IMG/VR virus record: IMGVR_UViG_3300029319_000003
Span: 120,188-184,187 of that record
From: a virus
Length of the DNA: 64,000 nucleotides
Strand: one strand, 5' to 3'
Part shown: positions 10,889 to 21,111 of the stretch, one piece after another
Layout of the letters: every line of letters begins with the position of its first letter
How positions within the stretch are numbered: the stretch's first letter is position 1
The notes under the pieces: generated by a model
Databases searched by the model: none
Told to the model about the DNA's origin: nothing
Seen by the model: only the letters and a program-made list of their open reading frames with translations
Program-made: the position numbers and the translations under genes

Positions 10889-13678
10889 TTAATTTTTAAA
10901 ATATCCACCTGTCCAAGTGCGCTGCCCTTCTGCCCACGGGGGCTCGCCGCCTTGATCATACATCGTCAACAATACATCACCAAAAGTTGTCTGACCGGGC
11001 ACAAGCCCATTGTGGGATTCAAAGTGCCACCACTCAGAGTGTGCCTTACTGTGACTATAGAAGATGGCTCGACCGCCAATATTGTGCATACCATATGCAG
11101 ATGCTAAATTTGTAAAATGAACAAAGTTGCCAGAAACCGTCTTTGTTCCCGGTGGGGCGACCCTATATGTTCCACTTGAAACGTCGATAGCGTCCAAAGT
11201 CAGCGATTCAACCACATGTGTATTGCCCATTGCGTCTTGAGCGCTGGTACCTGCCGGCATATCTGACCGAGCGTAAACATAAAACTTTCTTCCATCTTCT
11301 TGGAACACGCACACATATTCGTCAGTTTCAGGATCTCCATCTGGATATAGACCAGCATGGGTCCAAATGTCAACCGCAAGTCCTGTATAGTGGAAAGACG
11401 TAGCGCTACGTCCCGGTCCCACAGAAGCATCCAAAGGACGGATGGCTCCAACGGACGCAAACACGCAGCCCAGTTCATTTAAAACTCTTTTTATATCCGA
11501 AAACGCTGGAGCAACATCCTCGCGGACCTTAACCGCCCCGTAGCCCTTACCAGCGGCAAAACCATATCGACACTGATCCATCTCTACACGAACCAACTTC
11601 ATCTTAGGATCAGATACAATCAAGTTACCGTTTTCATCAAAATAGCCACCACCACAAACAGAGGCTGCGGAGGGTGCGGATGGATTGGCGGCAGTTTCCG
11701 TGCCGTCAGTGGGTGTCGAACCTTCTCCTGAAGCGCTGGAGGTTTCAGAGGCGGCACCTTCCGTAGTTGCTGCGGTTTCAGTTGCCCCTTCTTCCGTTGG
11801 CTCTTCAGACGCCGATGCGCCGGACTCCGTGTCTTCCGTTGTTTCAGACGCTTCCCCGCCTTCCTCGATAACATAGCCCTGCGAGCCTTCAACTTGTGTG
11901 GCTTCAGCCTCGCCAACCGATGCCTTTTCAATTGGGCTTAATTCTCCTGTGAATAGTGACGGTGCTTCGTCTTGTGCTAACTCTTCATTCCATTCATCAT
12001 CGGGTCGTCCACCCGAAAACCAAGACCCGCCCCAAATTTCTCTCATATGTTCTGGCTGGAATGCGTAAATTTGATTACCACTATTGCGGGAATACCAATT
12101 CTGCCAAGTTTCCGATCCAACGCCGCCATAATATTCCTTATGGGATTCTGCAATTCTTAACTCTCCCGATGGTCCTGCATAAGCAATTGCGACATGAGTT
12201 ATTCCATTAATTAAGCCATCTGTGGATCTCTCGCTTTCCTTGTACTCTTCCCAAGTAGCAGGCTCGCGGAGGAACAGCGCACCCCCATCGTCATCAACCC
12301 CGCCGGGATACTCTGTACCATTTCCAGTGCCGACAAACAAAACATCACCGGGCATAATTGGATCATGATAGTCTTGCCAACTCTTGTTAAAATCAGCGCT
12401 CCCATGAACAGTGTTCCATTTTCCAATACGAGCGCTTTCATATATCCCATGTGCGAAATCGCCAATCCTGAATGAAATTCCGTGGGACCAGTGCTTCTCT
12501 TCTTCTTCTCCCTCGCCGCCGCGACCATCGAAGCCAGTAAACATTTGATTTCCAAACGCTTCGTTGCCCCCCATAATCAACTCAGTGCCAATTAAAACTA
12601 AATTAACAAATCCTGAAGCGTCAATTCCAGAACTTGTGAAGTTAAATGACTTGCAGCCTTGAGCATAAGGACGCCCAGCCTGATCTTCAATCATCAGTCT
12701 GAGAGCCAACAGAAATTTATCTTTTATCTCCCAACCCTCTTGTTCAGCACCGGCTAACCCAACGGTGCCCGACGAAGCACGACCGCTGCCACCGTCTTGA
12801 ATATATTTAACGAATGCCTCGTCCATCGAAGAGTCTAAGCCGGGTCGGGGAGAATCCTGATCTGTGGGTCCACCGTTCGCCTCGCCAAGAGGGTCGGCAG
12901 CGCAGATTTCTTTTTGGGACGCAGCATCCTCAAGGTATACCGAGTTCCTTAATACTACCGGCACAGTTTCTAAACCGCCGAGAGCGCCGGACATTTGTGT
13001 TTGATATGAAGTGTTCGCATCACCCTTTGCTGCTTCAGATTGAAGACCTGCTGTGCCTAAAGCCCCGCCGCAGCCGCCAGAGTATGCCCCGCTTGCGCCT
13101 CCTCCAGCACCGTCGGCTGCTCCAGCAGATGTTCCACTGCCGCCGGCTGATGGGAAAAGAGGTCCAAGAAACGTAGGGTCTTCCATCGTTTCTCTGTTTC
13201 CAAAATCTACCCACACCGTATCACCGGGGCATGCAGTATCGTCCGTTTCGCTAGACTCCGCAATAAATATGGGATACATGTCGATGACCGGATCAGTCGG
13301 CATGGGATTGCCAGAGTGTCCATCGTCGGTTGGCTGGGGCAAATGGGCGTGCAATTCTGGGATGCGGCACCGATATTTACCTAGTGGCTTATCCATCAGC
13401 CCAGATGGGAAAAGAGACTTCATCCATCCGGTCAGGACTCCACCGCCTTGTTCTTCAGGTTCCTTCCGAAGCAAAATCGCCTTATACGGTCCCATGCCGG
13501 AGGTTGCATCTTTTTTAAATGTTTCCTGCACAGCAGACTTAACCTGACCCCAAAAATTACTGGTGCCGCGATCAATTGTAGGTCCAGTCTGTTTTGAAAA
13601 AGCCGGGTTAAGATCACCAAAACTAGGCTCTGAGCGCTCGCCTGCTACAAGCGCTTGTCCGTCTTGATCAGTCGCCAT
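10889..13678 (-). CDS. gp5-like baseplate hub protein with NlpC/P60-like domain and C-terminal M15 peptidoglycan peptidase
   Basis: N-terminal YRCRIPELH...PGDTVWVDF (OB-like); PYAQG...GIDASGFV...PGDVLFV...THVAI (NlpC/P60 pattern); SFHYTGLAVD and EWWHFE (M15 SxHxxGxAxD / ExWH). Confidence 0.75.
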   Translation of the reverse strand: MATDQDGQALVAGERSEPSFGDLNPAFSKQTGPTIDRGTSNFWGQVKSAVQETFKKDATSGMGPYKAILLRKEPEEQGGGVLTGWMKSLFPSGLMDKPLGKYRCRIPELHAHLPQPTDDGHSGNPMPTDPVIDMYPIFIAESSETDDTACPGDTVWVDFGNRETMEDPTFLGPLFPSAGGSGTSAGAADGAGGGASGAYSGGCGGALGTAGLQSEAAKGDANTSYQTQMSGALGGLETVPVVLRNSVYLEDAASQKEICAADPLGEANGGPTDQDSPRPGLDSSMDEAFVKYIQDGGSGRASSGTVGLAGAEQEGWEIKDKFLLALRLMIEDQAGRPYAQGCKSFNFTSSGIDASGFVNLVLIGTELIMGGNEAFGNQMFTGFDGRGGEGEEEEKHWSHGISFRIGDFAHGIYESARIGKWNTVHGSADFNKSWQDYHDPIMPGDVLFVGTGNGTEYPGGVDDDGGALFLREPATWEEYKESERSTDGLINGITHVAIAYAGPSGELRIAESHKEYYGGVGSETWQNWYSRNSGNQIYAFQPEHMREIWGGSWFSGGRPDDEWNEELAQDEAPSLFTGELSPIEKASVGEAEATQVEGSQGYVIEEGGEASETTEDTESGASASEEPTEEGATETAATTEGAASETSSASGEGSTPTDGTETAANPSAPSAASVCGGGYFDENGNLIVSDPKMKLVRVEMDQCRYGFAAGKGYGAVKVREDVAPAFSDIKRVLNELGCVFASVGAIRPLDASVGPGRSATSFHYTGLAVDIWTHAGLYPDGDPETDEYVCVFQEDGRKFYVYARSDMPAGTSAQDAMGNTHVVESLTLDAIDVSSGTYRVAPPGTKTVSGNFVHFTNLASAYGMHNIGGRAIFYSHSKAHSEWWHFESHNGLVPGQTTFGDVLLTMYDQGGEPPWAEGQRTWTGGYFKN

Positions 13679-13979
13679 CCTCAGTGCCCTCCTCGGTAGA
13701 ATTATTAATTAGATCATAAATCTCTTCTTTCTCTGCATCAGAAAGCCCGACTCCGGCTTGTTCTTTCTTATGTACTAATGTGCCAACTTTAACTAATTGT
13801 TCATTAGATCTCTGGAGTGTTTCAACATATTTAGCAGCAACCGGACCTACCTGTTCATGGGTGTGGTCGCCCTGTACTTTCATGTATTTCATCAAATCAA
13901 GGAGGAGGGCGTTTGTAACCGCTCGGTCCTCCTTAATGTTTTTTACTGCTTGTTCTAATAGTTGATCAAGATTCTTCAT
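13668..13979 (-). CDS. Hypothetical helical protein
   Basis: 103-aa ORF overlapping both neighbours in operon fashion. Confidence 0.7.
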   Translation of the reverse strand: MKNLDQLLEQAVKNIKEDRAVTNALLLDLMKYMKVQGDHTHEQVGPVAAKYVETLQRSNEQLVKVGTLVHKKEQAGVGLSDAEKEEIYDLINNSTEEGTEDGD

Positions 13980-14742
13980 CAGCGCTAATACCTTTAATAT
14001 GTCGGACGTTGCCTTTGTTCCAGTCCGACTTAAAGGAATGATACCGGGTTCGCAACTTATTCAGATTATTAACAACCTGTTTTGTGTTTAGTCCGGTCAT
14101 CTCCCTTATGTAAAGATAAATAGCCTTTTTGTTGAAAATCTCTATGTCATCTGGGTTGTCTAAGAGGATTCTTATCGCCTTATACACCCTTTCTTCGTTT
14201 GGCTTCATTGGCATTTCTGCCCACAAGTCCATCTCTGCGTTCAATGCAAGCCAAAACTCTTGCTCTTCTCTTTGCGGAATATATTTATTTTCTGTAGTTA
14301 GAAACTCTTCTTCCGCTGATGGGGAAATGTCTTCAAAATAAACTTCTCGCTGTCTTTTGATTGTGTGCTTCTTAACCTTATGAATGAACCAGTTTTTAGT
14401 AATAACACTAAAATAAGAGAACGCCTTTGACCCCTTGCTCTGATCAAACTTGCTCAACACTGTTGTGAGCCACACCTTACACTCTTCCCGCAAATCATCA
14501 ATGTTTGGCAAGGTTGTAAACTTGTATGTAAAAACAATCTTATCAACCATCTCACTGAAAGCCGGCTGAATCAAGTCTCTGTACAGTGTCTCTCTTTGCT
14601 CCATTGTGGTGGTCGGCTTGCAATATTCAACAATTGCATCTTCGTGGGCTTGTGTAAAATAGTGTCGTCCACTACCACCACGGTTAATTCTTCTACGCCG
14701 GCGGCGCTTGGGTTTTGGGGGGCTGCTCTCGCTCATTAACAT
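13966..14742 (-). CDS. Phage RNA polymerase sigma factor (T4 gp55-like late sigma)
   Basis: Sigma region-2-like DDLREECKVWLTTVLSKFDQSKGSKAFSYFSVITKNWFI; YFTQAHEDAIVEY N-terminal motif; C-terminal helix-turn-helix-like region. Confidence 0.8.
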   Translation of the reverse strand: MLMSESSPPKPKRRRRRRINRGGSGRHYFTQAHEDAIVEYCKPTTTMEQRETLYRDLIQPAFSEMVDKIVFTYKFTTLPNIDDLREECKVWLTTVLSKFDQSKGSKAFSYFSVITKNWFIHKVKKHTIKRQREVYFEDISPSAEEEFLTTENKYIPQREEQEFWLALNAEMDLWAEMPMKPNEERVYKAIRILLDNPDDIEIFNKKAIYLYIREMTGLNTKQVVNNLNKLRTRYHSFKSDWNKGNVRHIKGISADEES

Positions 14743-15052
14743 CTTCTACCTTTATGATTTGTTCTTCTTCAGTTAGTAGAGAGAATGATTCAACAAAGTC
14801 TGAGCAATATTGATTGACGCCCTTTGTATGAACCAACAAAGCATCAAGAGTCGAGTCACCATAAAAAGTCGGCAATTCATATACCTGTTCTAAGTGCTCG
14901 GAATAAGATGAAACTTCGCGTACCAAATCTCGCACGCCCTGCTCGACATAAATAGTTCCCTGCCACATGCGCCGAGCCCACCACACTAACAACACATTAG
15001 CGCAGGTGGACAACGCAAAGCCAACAAGAATTCCTACATCAAAGCCCATCAC
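14693..15052 (-). CDS. Hypothetical protein with N-terminal transmembrane helix
   Basis: VGILVGFALSTCANVLLVWW hydrophobic segment; coupled to neighbours. Confidence 0.65.
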   Translation of the reverse strand: MMGFDVGILVGFALSTCANVLLVWWARRMWQGTIYVEQGVRDLVREVSSYSEHLEQVYELPTFYGDSTLDALLVHTKGVNQYCSDFVESFSLLTEEEQIIKVEDVNEREQPPKTQAPPA

Positions 15053-15312
15053 TTAATCTCCTCATTTCGCGATCTCTCTATTTCTTGTTCGATTTCTTCT
15101 TTCGCCGTTTTAATAAAATTCTTAATCCGACGACCCGCAGCGGCATCGCTATTACCGCTCAAAACTGTTACGCCAGTTGGCACCTTACGCACCGAACCAG
15201 CGCATTCACATTCCGCACAACACTGAGAACAAGTCTCGTACCTCTCCGTCATAGAGTGTGATACATCGAACACTCTTTCACACTCTTCGCACTGGTAGGT
15301 ATAGCGCGGCAA
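15049..15312 (-). CDS. FmdB-family zinc-ribbon protein
   Basis: MPRYTYQCEECERVFDVSHSM...CSQC. Confidence 0.85.
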   Translation of the reverse strand: MPRYTYQCEECERVFDVSHSMTERYETCSQCCAECECAGSVRKVPTGVTVLSGNSDAAAGRRIKNFIKTAKEEIEQEIERSRNEEIK

Positions 15313-15314
15313 AA

Positions 15315-15530
15315 TTACGACTCAACCGAGTCGGTATTGCCAATTGGTGTACTAAACTGTGATGGCGGGTTTTCAACCACCAATTCGCCATTCTTTGTAC
15401 CCCACTTTTTTGTGTCGTCGGACTTGACAAAATCAAACGACTTAAGCACGGGAACAATATCGGACTGCTCCATGATACTCTTCTGTAGGGCAACCATGAT
15501 TGCCGAAAGAGCCTGATTAGATAACTTCAT
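15315..15530 (-). CDS. Hypothetical protein
   Basis: 71-aa ORF in operon, GGAG RBS, ATGA overlap with GT2 gene. Confidence 0.75.
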   Translation of the reverse strand: MKLSNQALSAIMVALQKSIMEQSDIVPVLKSFDFVKSDDTKKWGTKNGELVVENPPSQFSTPIGNTDSVES

Positions 15531-16375
15531 TGTTTTTCTCCTTGTTTGTATATTCTATCAGAGTTTTTCTCTAATTTTAAAAGAATTTTAATTGCATCGA
15601 TAATCCAACTGCTTTTAAAACTGCTGTCAGACATAATAAACTCAATGGGCACATCAGACACCTTATATCGATAGATCTCGGATGACTGCCCAAACACTCG
15701 GCGTGAAAAGAACTGACGGGACTTTTGACCGTAGAACGGAAACTTTTTAAATTGTCTCAGTTCGGATTCCACTGCGGATGTTCTTCGATCATAAATATAG
15801 TATTTGATTTCTGTCTGAAACATTCCACCATATGAAATGAAATTATCAAACTCAAGTTCCTCAAGCACTTCACGCCGATAAGCCTGATAGCCGCTGGTGG
15901 CGTCACTAAAGTCCATCTTCAACCAAAAATTTGCCATGATTGTGCCGATGCGGGAAACCAACTTTCGAAACAGGGAACCCTCATATAGAGAATCTTTTGA
16001 AAACCGAGTGGCAAACACGGCATCATCACCGGCATCAAGTCGATCTAAAAACTCTTTGAGGTGTTCAGGTTTGTGGGAAAATCCCGAATCCATCTCCACG
16101 ATATAATCGTATCCCTGTTCTACACAATGCTTGTAGCCGTAAATATATGAACTAACAAGACCTGTAGAATTCTCATGAAACAACACGACCACATCATCTG
16201 CAAAGTCAGTTTCTAGTATTTCCTGTGTTCGGTCTTTGCTGTAAGAATCCATAATATAAAACACTTGGAATTTATACTGGTCCAGTCGGCTGCACTCCTG
16301 TAATAAACAGGAAGTAAACTCTTTAATAGTTCTTGCTTCGTTTGCAACGGGAATTAAGATTCCAACAGTCTTCAT
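15527..16375 (-). CDS. Glycosyltransferase family 2 (Dpm1/polyprenol-phosphate mannosyltransferase-like)
   Basis: ILIPVANEA, MDSYSKDRT, EMDSGFSHKPE, SDATSGYQAYRREVL. Confidence 0.9.
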   Translation of the reverse strand: MKTVGILIPVANEARTIKEFTSCLLQECSRLDQYKFQVFYIMDSYSKDRTQEILETDFADDVVVLFHENSTGLVSSYIYGYKHCVEQGYDYIVEMDSGFSHKPEHLKEFLDRLDAGDDAVFATRFSKDSLYEGSLFRKLVSRIGTIMANFWLKMDFSDATSGYQAYRREVLEELEFDNFISYGGMFQTEIKYYIYDRRTSAVESELRQFKKFPFYGQKSRQFFSRRVFGQSSEIYRYKVSDVPIEFIMSDSSFKSSWIIDAIKILLKLEKNSDRIYKQGEKQ

Positions 16376-17577
16376 ACTTGTACCCCTACGCTCTTCATGA
16401 ACTTGGAAAAGATCTTTTCATTGTTGATCACTTCCTCTCTTGCATATTGGTAATTGGATACCGCTTGGGCTGCAAGTTCATCAGGGCTTCGCTTCCAAGC
16501 CTCATACGCCATTCGAAGTTTGTGTCTTAAGTCACGGTAATCCGTCTCAACCAAACTCATATCAAGAGTTGAGAACATTGGATTATCAATCATGCAAGGC
16601 TCCATAGAGGAGTCCACAAGATAAGGGTTCTTGTCATCAAAATAATCTCGGTGTCCACCGAGCGATGGTACAATTGCCGTTCTATTAGAGATGACAGCCT
16701 CACCGATAGTCAAGCCAAAACTATCACATCGCGTAGGCAAACAATACACTGACGACTTCTTGAATAACTCTGAAATGTAACTTTTCGCGACGAGCCCGCA
16801 CACCACGTTAATACGCACGCCGCTCTTGTTTCCATAGTGAGTAATTTTATTTTTGAGTTCAGAGATTTCCTTAATAACCTCTGCCTTCTCACTTCTCGGG
16901 TCGGCTCCAACATGTTCGTTTCGGAATGTTTTAATTGTCAACTCAACATCGTCGTGGTGGAAAAATTCATGACACACAGCAGGAATTAAAATGTCCCATC
17001 CTTTTCTCGGGTTCCACTGAGACATGGAAAAGATTTCAAATTTATCCCTATTGAGGGTTTCAGCGTCGGTGCTCTCAATATCAAAAATAGGATGTGGAAC
17101 AAGATGTACATTTTCTTCCGCGAACCCATGATTGAGAAAACACTGCCTTGTGAAATCGCAATACACAATTACATTCCCAACATACTTTTCATAATACTGG
17201 AGCCAGTTAGAAGGCAGTGTGTCTGGTTCCCACGCTAACGATGAGTAGATATTGTCTTTACCAACCCTGTCGATAATCGGATCCCAAAATTTTGCATTGG
17301 CAAACGCTGTTGGAACCAAGTGGCAAATGACTCTTGTGTTGGAGTCCAGATACGCCATGAAGTCATTAGCATCGCCCTGCAATCGGTACTTATTAATCAG
17401 TTCATTTTCTTCATCAGTACATGAGTTTTGTTTTTCAAAGTTCTGAGGGATAACCTTAAAATCAACCTTGTCATCATGCTGCCCCAAAAACATATCAAGA
17501 CACTTCAAGTAATTGCGTGCAGCATTACCATAGCCAGAACTATCATTAAACTGACCGATGTATATAACCTTAGTCAT
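16372..17577 (-). CDS. GT-B glycosyltransferase (family 4-like)
   Basis: SGYGNAARNY, QWNPRKGWDIL, PTRCDSFGLTIGEA. Confidence 0.85.
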   Translation of the reverse strand: MTKVIYIGQFNDSSGYGNAARNYLKCLDMFLGQHDDKVDFKVIPQNFEKQNSCTDEENELINKYRLQGDANDFMAYLDSNTRVICHLVPTAFANAKFWDPIIDRVGKDNIYSSLAWEPDTLPSNWLQYYEKYVGNVIVYCDFTRQCFLNHGFAEENVHLVPHPIFDIESTDAETLNRDKFEIFSMSQWNPRKGWDILIPAVCHEFFHHDDVELTIKTFRNEHVGADPRSEKAEVIKEISELKNKITHYGNKSGVRINVVCGLVAKSYISELFKKSSVYCLPTRCDSFGLTIGEAVISNRTAIVPSLGGHRDYFDDKNPYLVDSSMEPCMIDNPMFSTLDMSLVETDYRDLRHKLRMAYEAWKRSPDELAAQAVSNYQYAREEVINNEKIFSKFMKSVGVQV

Positions 17578-18571
17578 TGACGCGCCTCTTCTCGCTTTCC
17601 AGATCTGACTCGTACATCATCACAGCCAAATCGCGAAAACTTACTTCTGGCTTCCATCCAAGTGCAGTTTGCGCTTTCGTTGGGTCACCCCAAAGTCTGG
17701 GCACTTCACATGGTCTATAAAAGCGGGGATCAATGCCAACATGCTCTGCGACATTCAATCCTGCATGTTCAAAAACAAATTCTAGAAACTGTTGGACCGA
17801 GTGTGTTGTGCCAGTCGCAATAACATAATCATCAGCCGACTCTTGTTGCAGCATCATCCACATCGCCTTAACGTAATCACCAGCAAACCCCCAGTCGCGC
17901 TGTGCCTCAAGATTACCAAGAAGCAGTTGATCCTGAAGACCCAACTTGATGCGTGCTGCTGCCTTTGTAATTTTTCTAGTTACAAAGTTTTCACCGCGTC
18001 GTGGCGATTCGTGATTAAAAAGAATTCCTGAACTTGCATGCATCTCGTATGACTTGCGGTACACAGAAACCATATTGTGCGCCATCATCTTAGAGACAGC
18101 ATATGGAGAAACCGGCGAGAAGCGAGTACCCTCTGATTGAGGGCATACAATATTATCGCCAAACATTTCTGATGTGGAAGCCTGATAAAACCTAATATCA
18201 GGATTGATATTTCGAATTGCCTCAAGAATATTTAAGGTGCCAATCGCATTTATTTCCGTAGTGCTGATTGGCGACTTAAAAGACTCTCCCACATGTGATT
18301 GTGCTGCAAGATTATAAACCTCAGTCGGAGAGTGTTGGTTGATGACTCTCCACAAAGAAGAACTGTCAGTTACATCGCCAGATTCAATAATGAAGTCTTG
18401 ATTATGCAGCAAGTGCAGAATGTTTCTCTGCTTATCTTCATTTGAACCCACTGTCCTGCGCTGCAAGCCGATCACTTTATAGTCTTTAGACAATAAAAAA
18501 TCAGCAAGGTAGGAGCCATCCTGTCCAGTGACTCCTGTAATCAAAGCCACCTTTTGACTGGATGAACTCAC
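17570..18571 (-). CDS. gmd: GDP-mannose 4,6-dehydratase
   Basis: ALITGVTGQDGSYLA, YNLAAQSHV, FYQASTSEMFG, SPYAVSK, GILFNHESPRRGENFVTRKIT, RDWGFAGDYV. Confidence 0.97.
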   Translation of the reverse strand: MSSSSQKVALITGVTGQDGSYLADFLLSKDYKVIGLQRRTVGSNEDKQRNILHLLHNQDFIIESGDVTDSSSLWRVINQHSPTEVYNLAAQSHVGESFKSPISTTEINAIGTLNILEAIRNINPDIRFYQASTSEMFGDNIVCPQSEGTRFSPVSPYAVSKMMAHNMVSVYRKSYEMHASSGILFNHESPRRGENFVTRKITKAAARIKLGLQDQLLLGNLEAQRDWGFAGDYVKAMWMMLQQESADDYVIATGTTHSVQQFLEFVFEHAGLNVAEHVGIDPRFYRPCEVPRLWGDPTKAQTALGWKPEVSFRDLAVMMYESDLESEKRRVND

Positions 18572-19807
18572 TTAAATCACCACTACGGGAGTATCTTCAA
18601 TCGCTGTCTTATTCTCCTCGATGGCATCAACAACGTGCTGTACAAACTGCTCGTAAACCGTATCGGTTGAATACTTCTCAGTCAAATGAGCCTTCAATTT
18701 CAGCGCCATTGATTCATACTTCTTGTAGTTCTTGAACACTTGCCGCATTTGCTGACGGGCACTGCTTTCAGAAGGATAACACCATTGAGAGCCTTGATTA
18801 ATGACGCCCTCCCAAACATGCTCCGGCTGTACTTCTTTTATTTCATACTTGACAGCAGCAATCATAGTCTTGTTGCGGGTGGTATTCTTCTTCTTTGACC
18901 GACTCTTGACTGGCACTGTTGAGAACTCTGCAAACCCGCCCCACTCGGGAGCAACCAGCGGAATGCCAGCAGAAGCAGCCTCAAAGGCTGGTAGACCCCA
19001 TCCTTCTCCATGAGACAAAGTAGTGTATGCTTTAATCTTGGGGTGGTCATACAAAGATAGAATTTCGTCATTCTGCATGTCGCCATGAAGCAAATAAATT
19101 TTACACAACCTTTCTTCGGGGGCTCCCTTCAAAAGAGATTTGAGGCGGCTTTCTGCATGCATACGATCCAATTTTGAATTGTTCTTAAGAGAAGTTCTGA
19201 TTACCAACCCCACTTCTTCGTTCTGAAATTCGTTAACAAATGCCACAATTGTGTTTTCAAGATTCTTTCGTGGAGCCCACTGGCTGTTCGTGATGAAGTT
19301 AAAATCATACTTCAAGTCCAACGGAACATCTACGTTGTTATATTCGCGAACTGGAAATCCAACGCTGACCACATCTGTTTCTGCAAGTTCCACACCGGCA
19401 TTATAGAACGCATCTCGCGAATGCTTTGACAAGGTGATGACCTTTTCAATTTGCGATGCTACTTGCGCCCACTCTGGTGGCACTGTTGTTGTTTCAACGC
19501 CTGCGGTATACCCAATATTAATTGGGGCAATTGGTTGCCACTCATTTGGAAGTTGCACCTGAAGGGATACATCGAACGAGTTGCCTTCTTGCATATAATT
19601 TATTGTCTTCATGAGGAGGGCGTCAATCGTGCGGCGCTGCTCATCATCCTCAACAATCCAGCCAGTTGCCCCCCAGCCAGTCGCAACCAGATAAATGTCA
19701 AACAAGTCTTCGCGAGACTGTAGGCTCTTCAGCGCAAGTCGCGCCATTTCACCGTACCCACTGCGGGATAATACTGGACCTCTAATAACGATCTTTGTTT
19801 TACTCAT
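18572..19807 (-). CDS. GT-B glycosyltransferase (family 4-like)
   Basis: GPVLSRSGYGEMAR, QWAPRKNL, SHGEGWGLPAFEA; start set at MSKTKIV (ATGA overlap). Confidence 0.85.
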   Translation of the reverse strand: MSKTKIVIRGPVLSRSGYGEMARLALKSLQSREDLFDIYLVATGWGATGWIVEDDEQRRTIDALLMKTINYMQEGNSFDVSLQVQLPNEWQPIAPINIGYTAGVETTTVPPEWAQVASQIEKVITLSKHSRDAFYNAGVELAETDVVSVGFPVREYNNVDVPLDLKYDFNFITNSQWAPRKNLENTIVAFVNEFQNEEVGLVIRTSLKNNSKLDRMHAESRLKSLLKGAPEERLCKIYLLHGDMQNDEILSLYDHPKIKAYTTLSHGEGWGLPAFEAASAGIPLVAPEWGGFAEFSTVPVKSRSKKKNTTRNKTMIAAVKYEIKEVQPEHVWEGVINQGSQWCYPSESSARQQMRQVFKNYKKYESMALKLKAHLTEKYSTDTVYEQFVQHVVDAIEENKTAIEDTPVVVI

Positions 19808-21099
19808 GCTACTTCCTTCAACTCCCATGATTGATAATTTTTTCTTGTATTCCAAGAGCCATGCTCTTCAATGACGCTTGAAAGGAACTCATCCCACCAC
19901 TTAGTATAAAACTTTAAGTCATGATTTTTAAGCACAAATTGACGTGCAAGTTGACCCATTTCGTTTCGCTCTTCCACTGACATACGATACATGGTTTCCA
20001 GTGCATCTACAACCTCATCAGTGTTGATACGATCCTCATAGATATAGGGAATTGCCTGCGAGCCCACAATACACTTCGAAGATGGCTGGATGCCAATACC
20101 GAACCAGTTCTCGCCATCGGTAACCTGTTGTTGAAGACCACCCGTCATGTTAACAATAATCGGTGTACCACAAGCAAGCGACTCAAGTGTGCCAAGACCA
20201 AAACCTTCAGCGTCAGCAATATTAACGGTTACATCTGCATAGTTGTAGAAGTATGATAACATCTTTGGGTGCAACTTCGCTGTCGAGATCCGAAACTCCG
20301 TGGTAGACAGTCCCAACTCTTGTGCAATGTGTGGCAAGTCCTGACCATGTGGATCGTGAGGATCGGTGTGCATGATTAGCGTTGCCTTTTCGCGTCCGAG
20401 TCGTTGAAGCAATTCATTGAAAATATAAACTAACGTACCCGATTGCTTGCGGCGAGCGTTGCGATTATTCCAGAATATAACAAATCGCTCCTCATCATTC
20501 AGACCTGATTCTGCTTGAAACGCATCCTTCCACACATCATAAGATACTTCCACTTCTTCATCAGAATCTTGCTCTGATACTGGACAGAAAATCTGTGTGT
20601 CAATGCAGTGCGGAATATATTCACATCGCACATCTGGCGACACTGTGCGGACAATATCATCTGTAACCTTTGAAATTGTTGCAATCGCATCGCAAGAATC
20701 ATACCAAATCTTGTTAAACTTTGGATATGGATAGTTGTCCCAAACATGGTAATACACCATTGGGCAAATTGCACGGATCTCGTTTTCAATAGACCACAAC
20801 CAGTCATAAAATCGAGGGTCAGTCATAAACCAAATCATATCTGGGCGTTCCGTTCGAAGAGTTGAACGGATCATATCTGGCGTGCCATATCCCTCAATCG
20901 GAATGATTGTCCAGTCGTCGCCCCACTCTTCAGTGCGTATAGGCTGTGTGGACTTATGCTTGGCTGCTCCACCCAGTGAAACAAATTCATACTTTCCGGT
21001 TGCCAGCAAGGCTTCAATAATATACTTTGTTTGTGTTCCGACGCCCGATGGGGCTAGCGGGTGATCGCCCAAAGTTACGATCTTGATTTTGTCTGTCAT
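19804..21099 (-). CDS. GT-B glycosyltransferase (family 4-like)
   Basis: PSGVGTQ, NRNARRKQ, ADAEGFGLGTLESLACGTPII. Confidence 0.88.
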   Translation of the reverse strand: MTDKIKIVTLGDHPLAPSGVGTQTKYIIEALLATGKYEFVSLGGAAKHKSTQPIRTEEWGDDWTIIPIEGYGTPDMIRSTLRTERPDMIWFMTDPRFYDWLWSIENEIRAICPMVYYHVWDNYPYPKFNKIWYDSCDAIATISKVTDDIVRTVSPDVRCEYIPHCIDTQIFCPVSEQDSDEEVEVSYDVWKDAFQAESGLNDEERFVIFWNNRNARRKQSGTLVYIFNELLQRLGREKATLIMHTDPHDPHGQDLPHIAQELGLSTTEFRISTAKLHPKMLSYFYNYADVTVNIADAEGFGLGTLESLACGTPIIVNMTGGLQQQVTDGENWFGIGIQPSSKCIVGSQAIPYIYEDRINTDEVVDALETMYRMSVEERNEMGQLARQFVLKNHDLKFYTKWWDEFLSSVIEEHGSWNTRKNYQSWELKEVA

Positions 21100-21111
21100 T
21101 AGTATCTCCGT

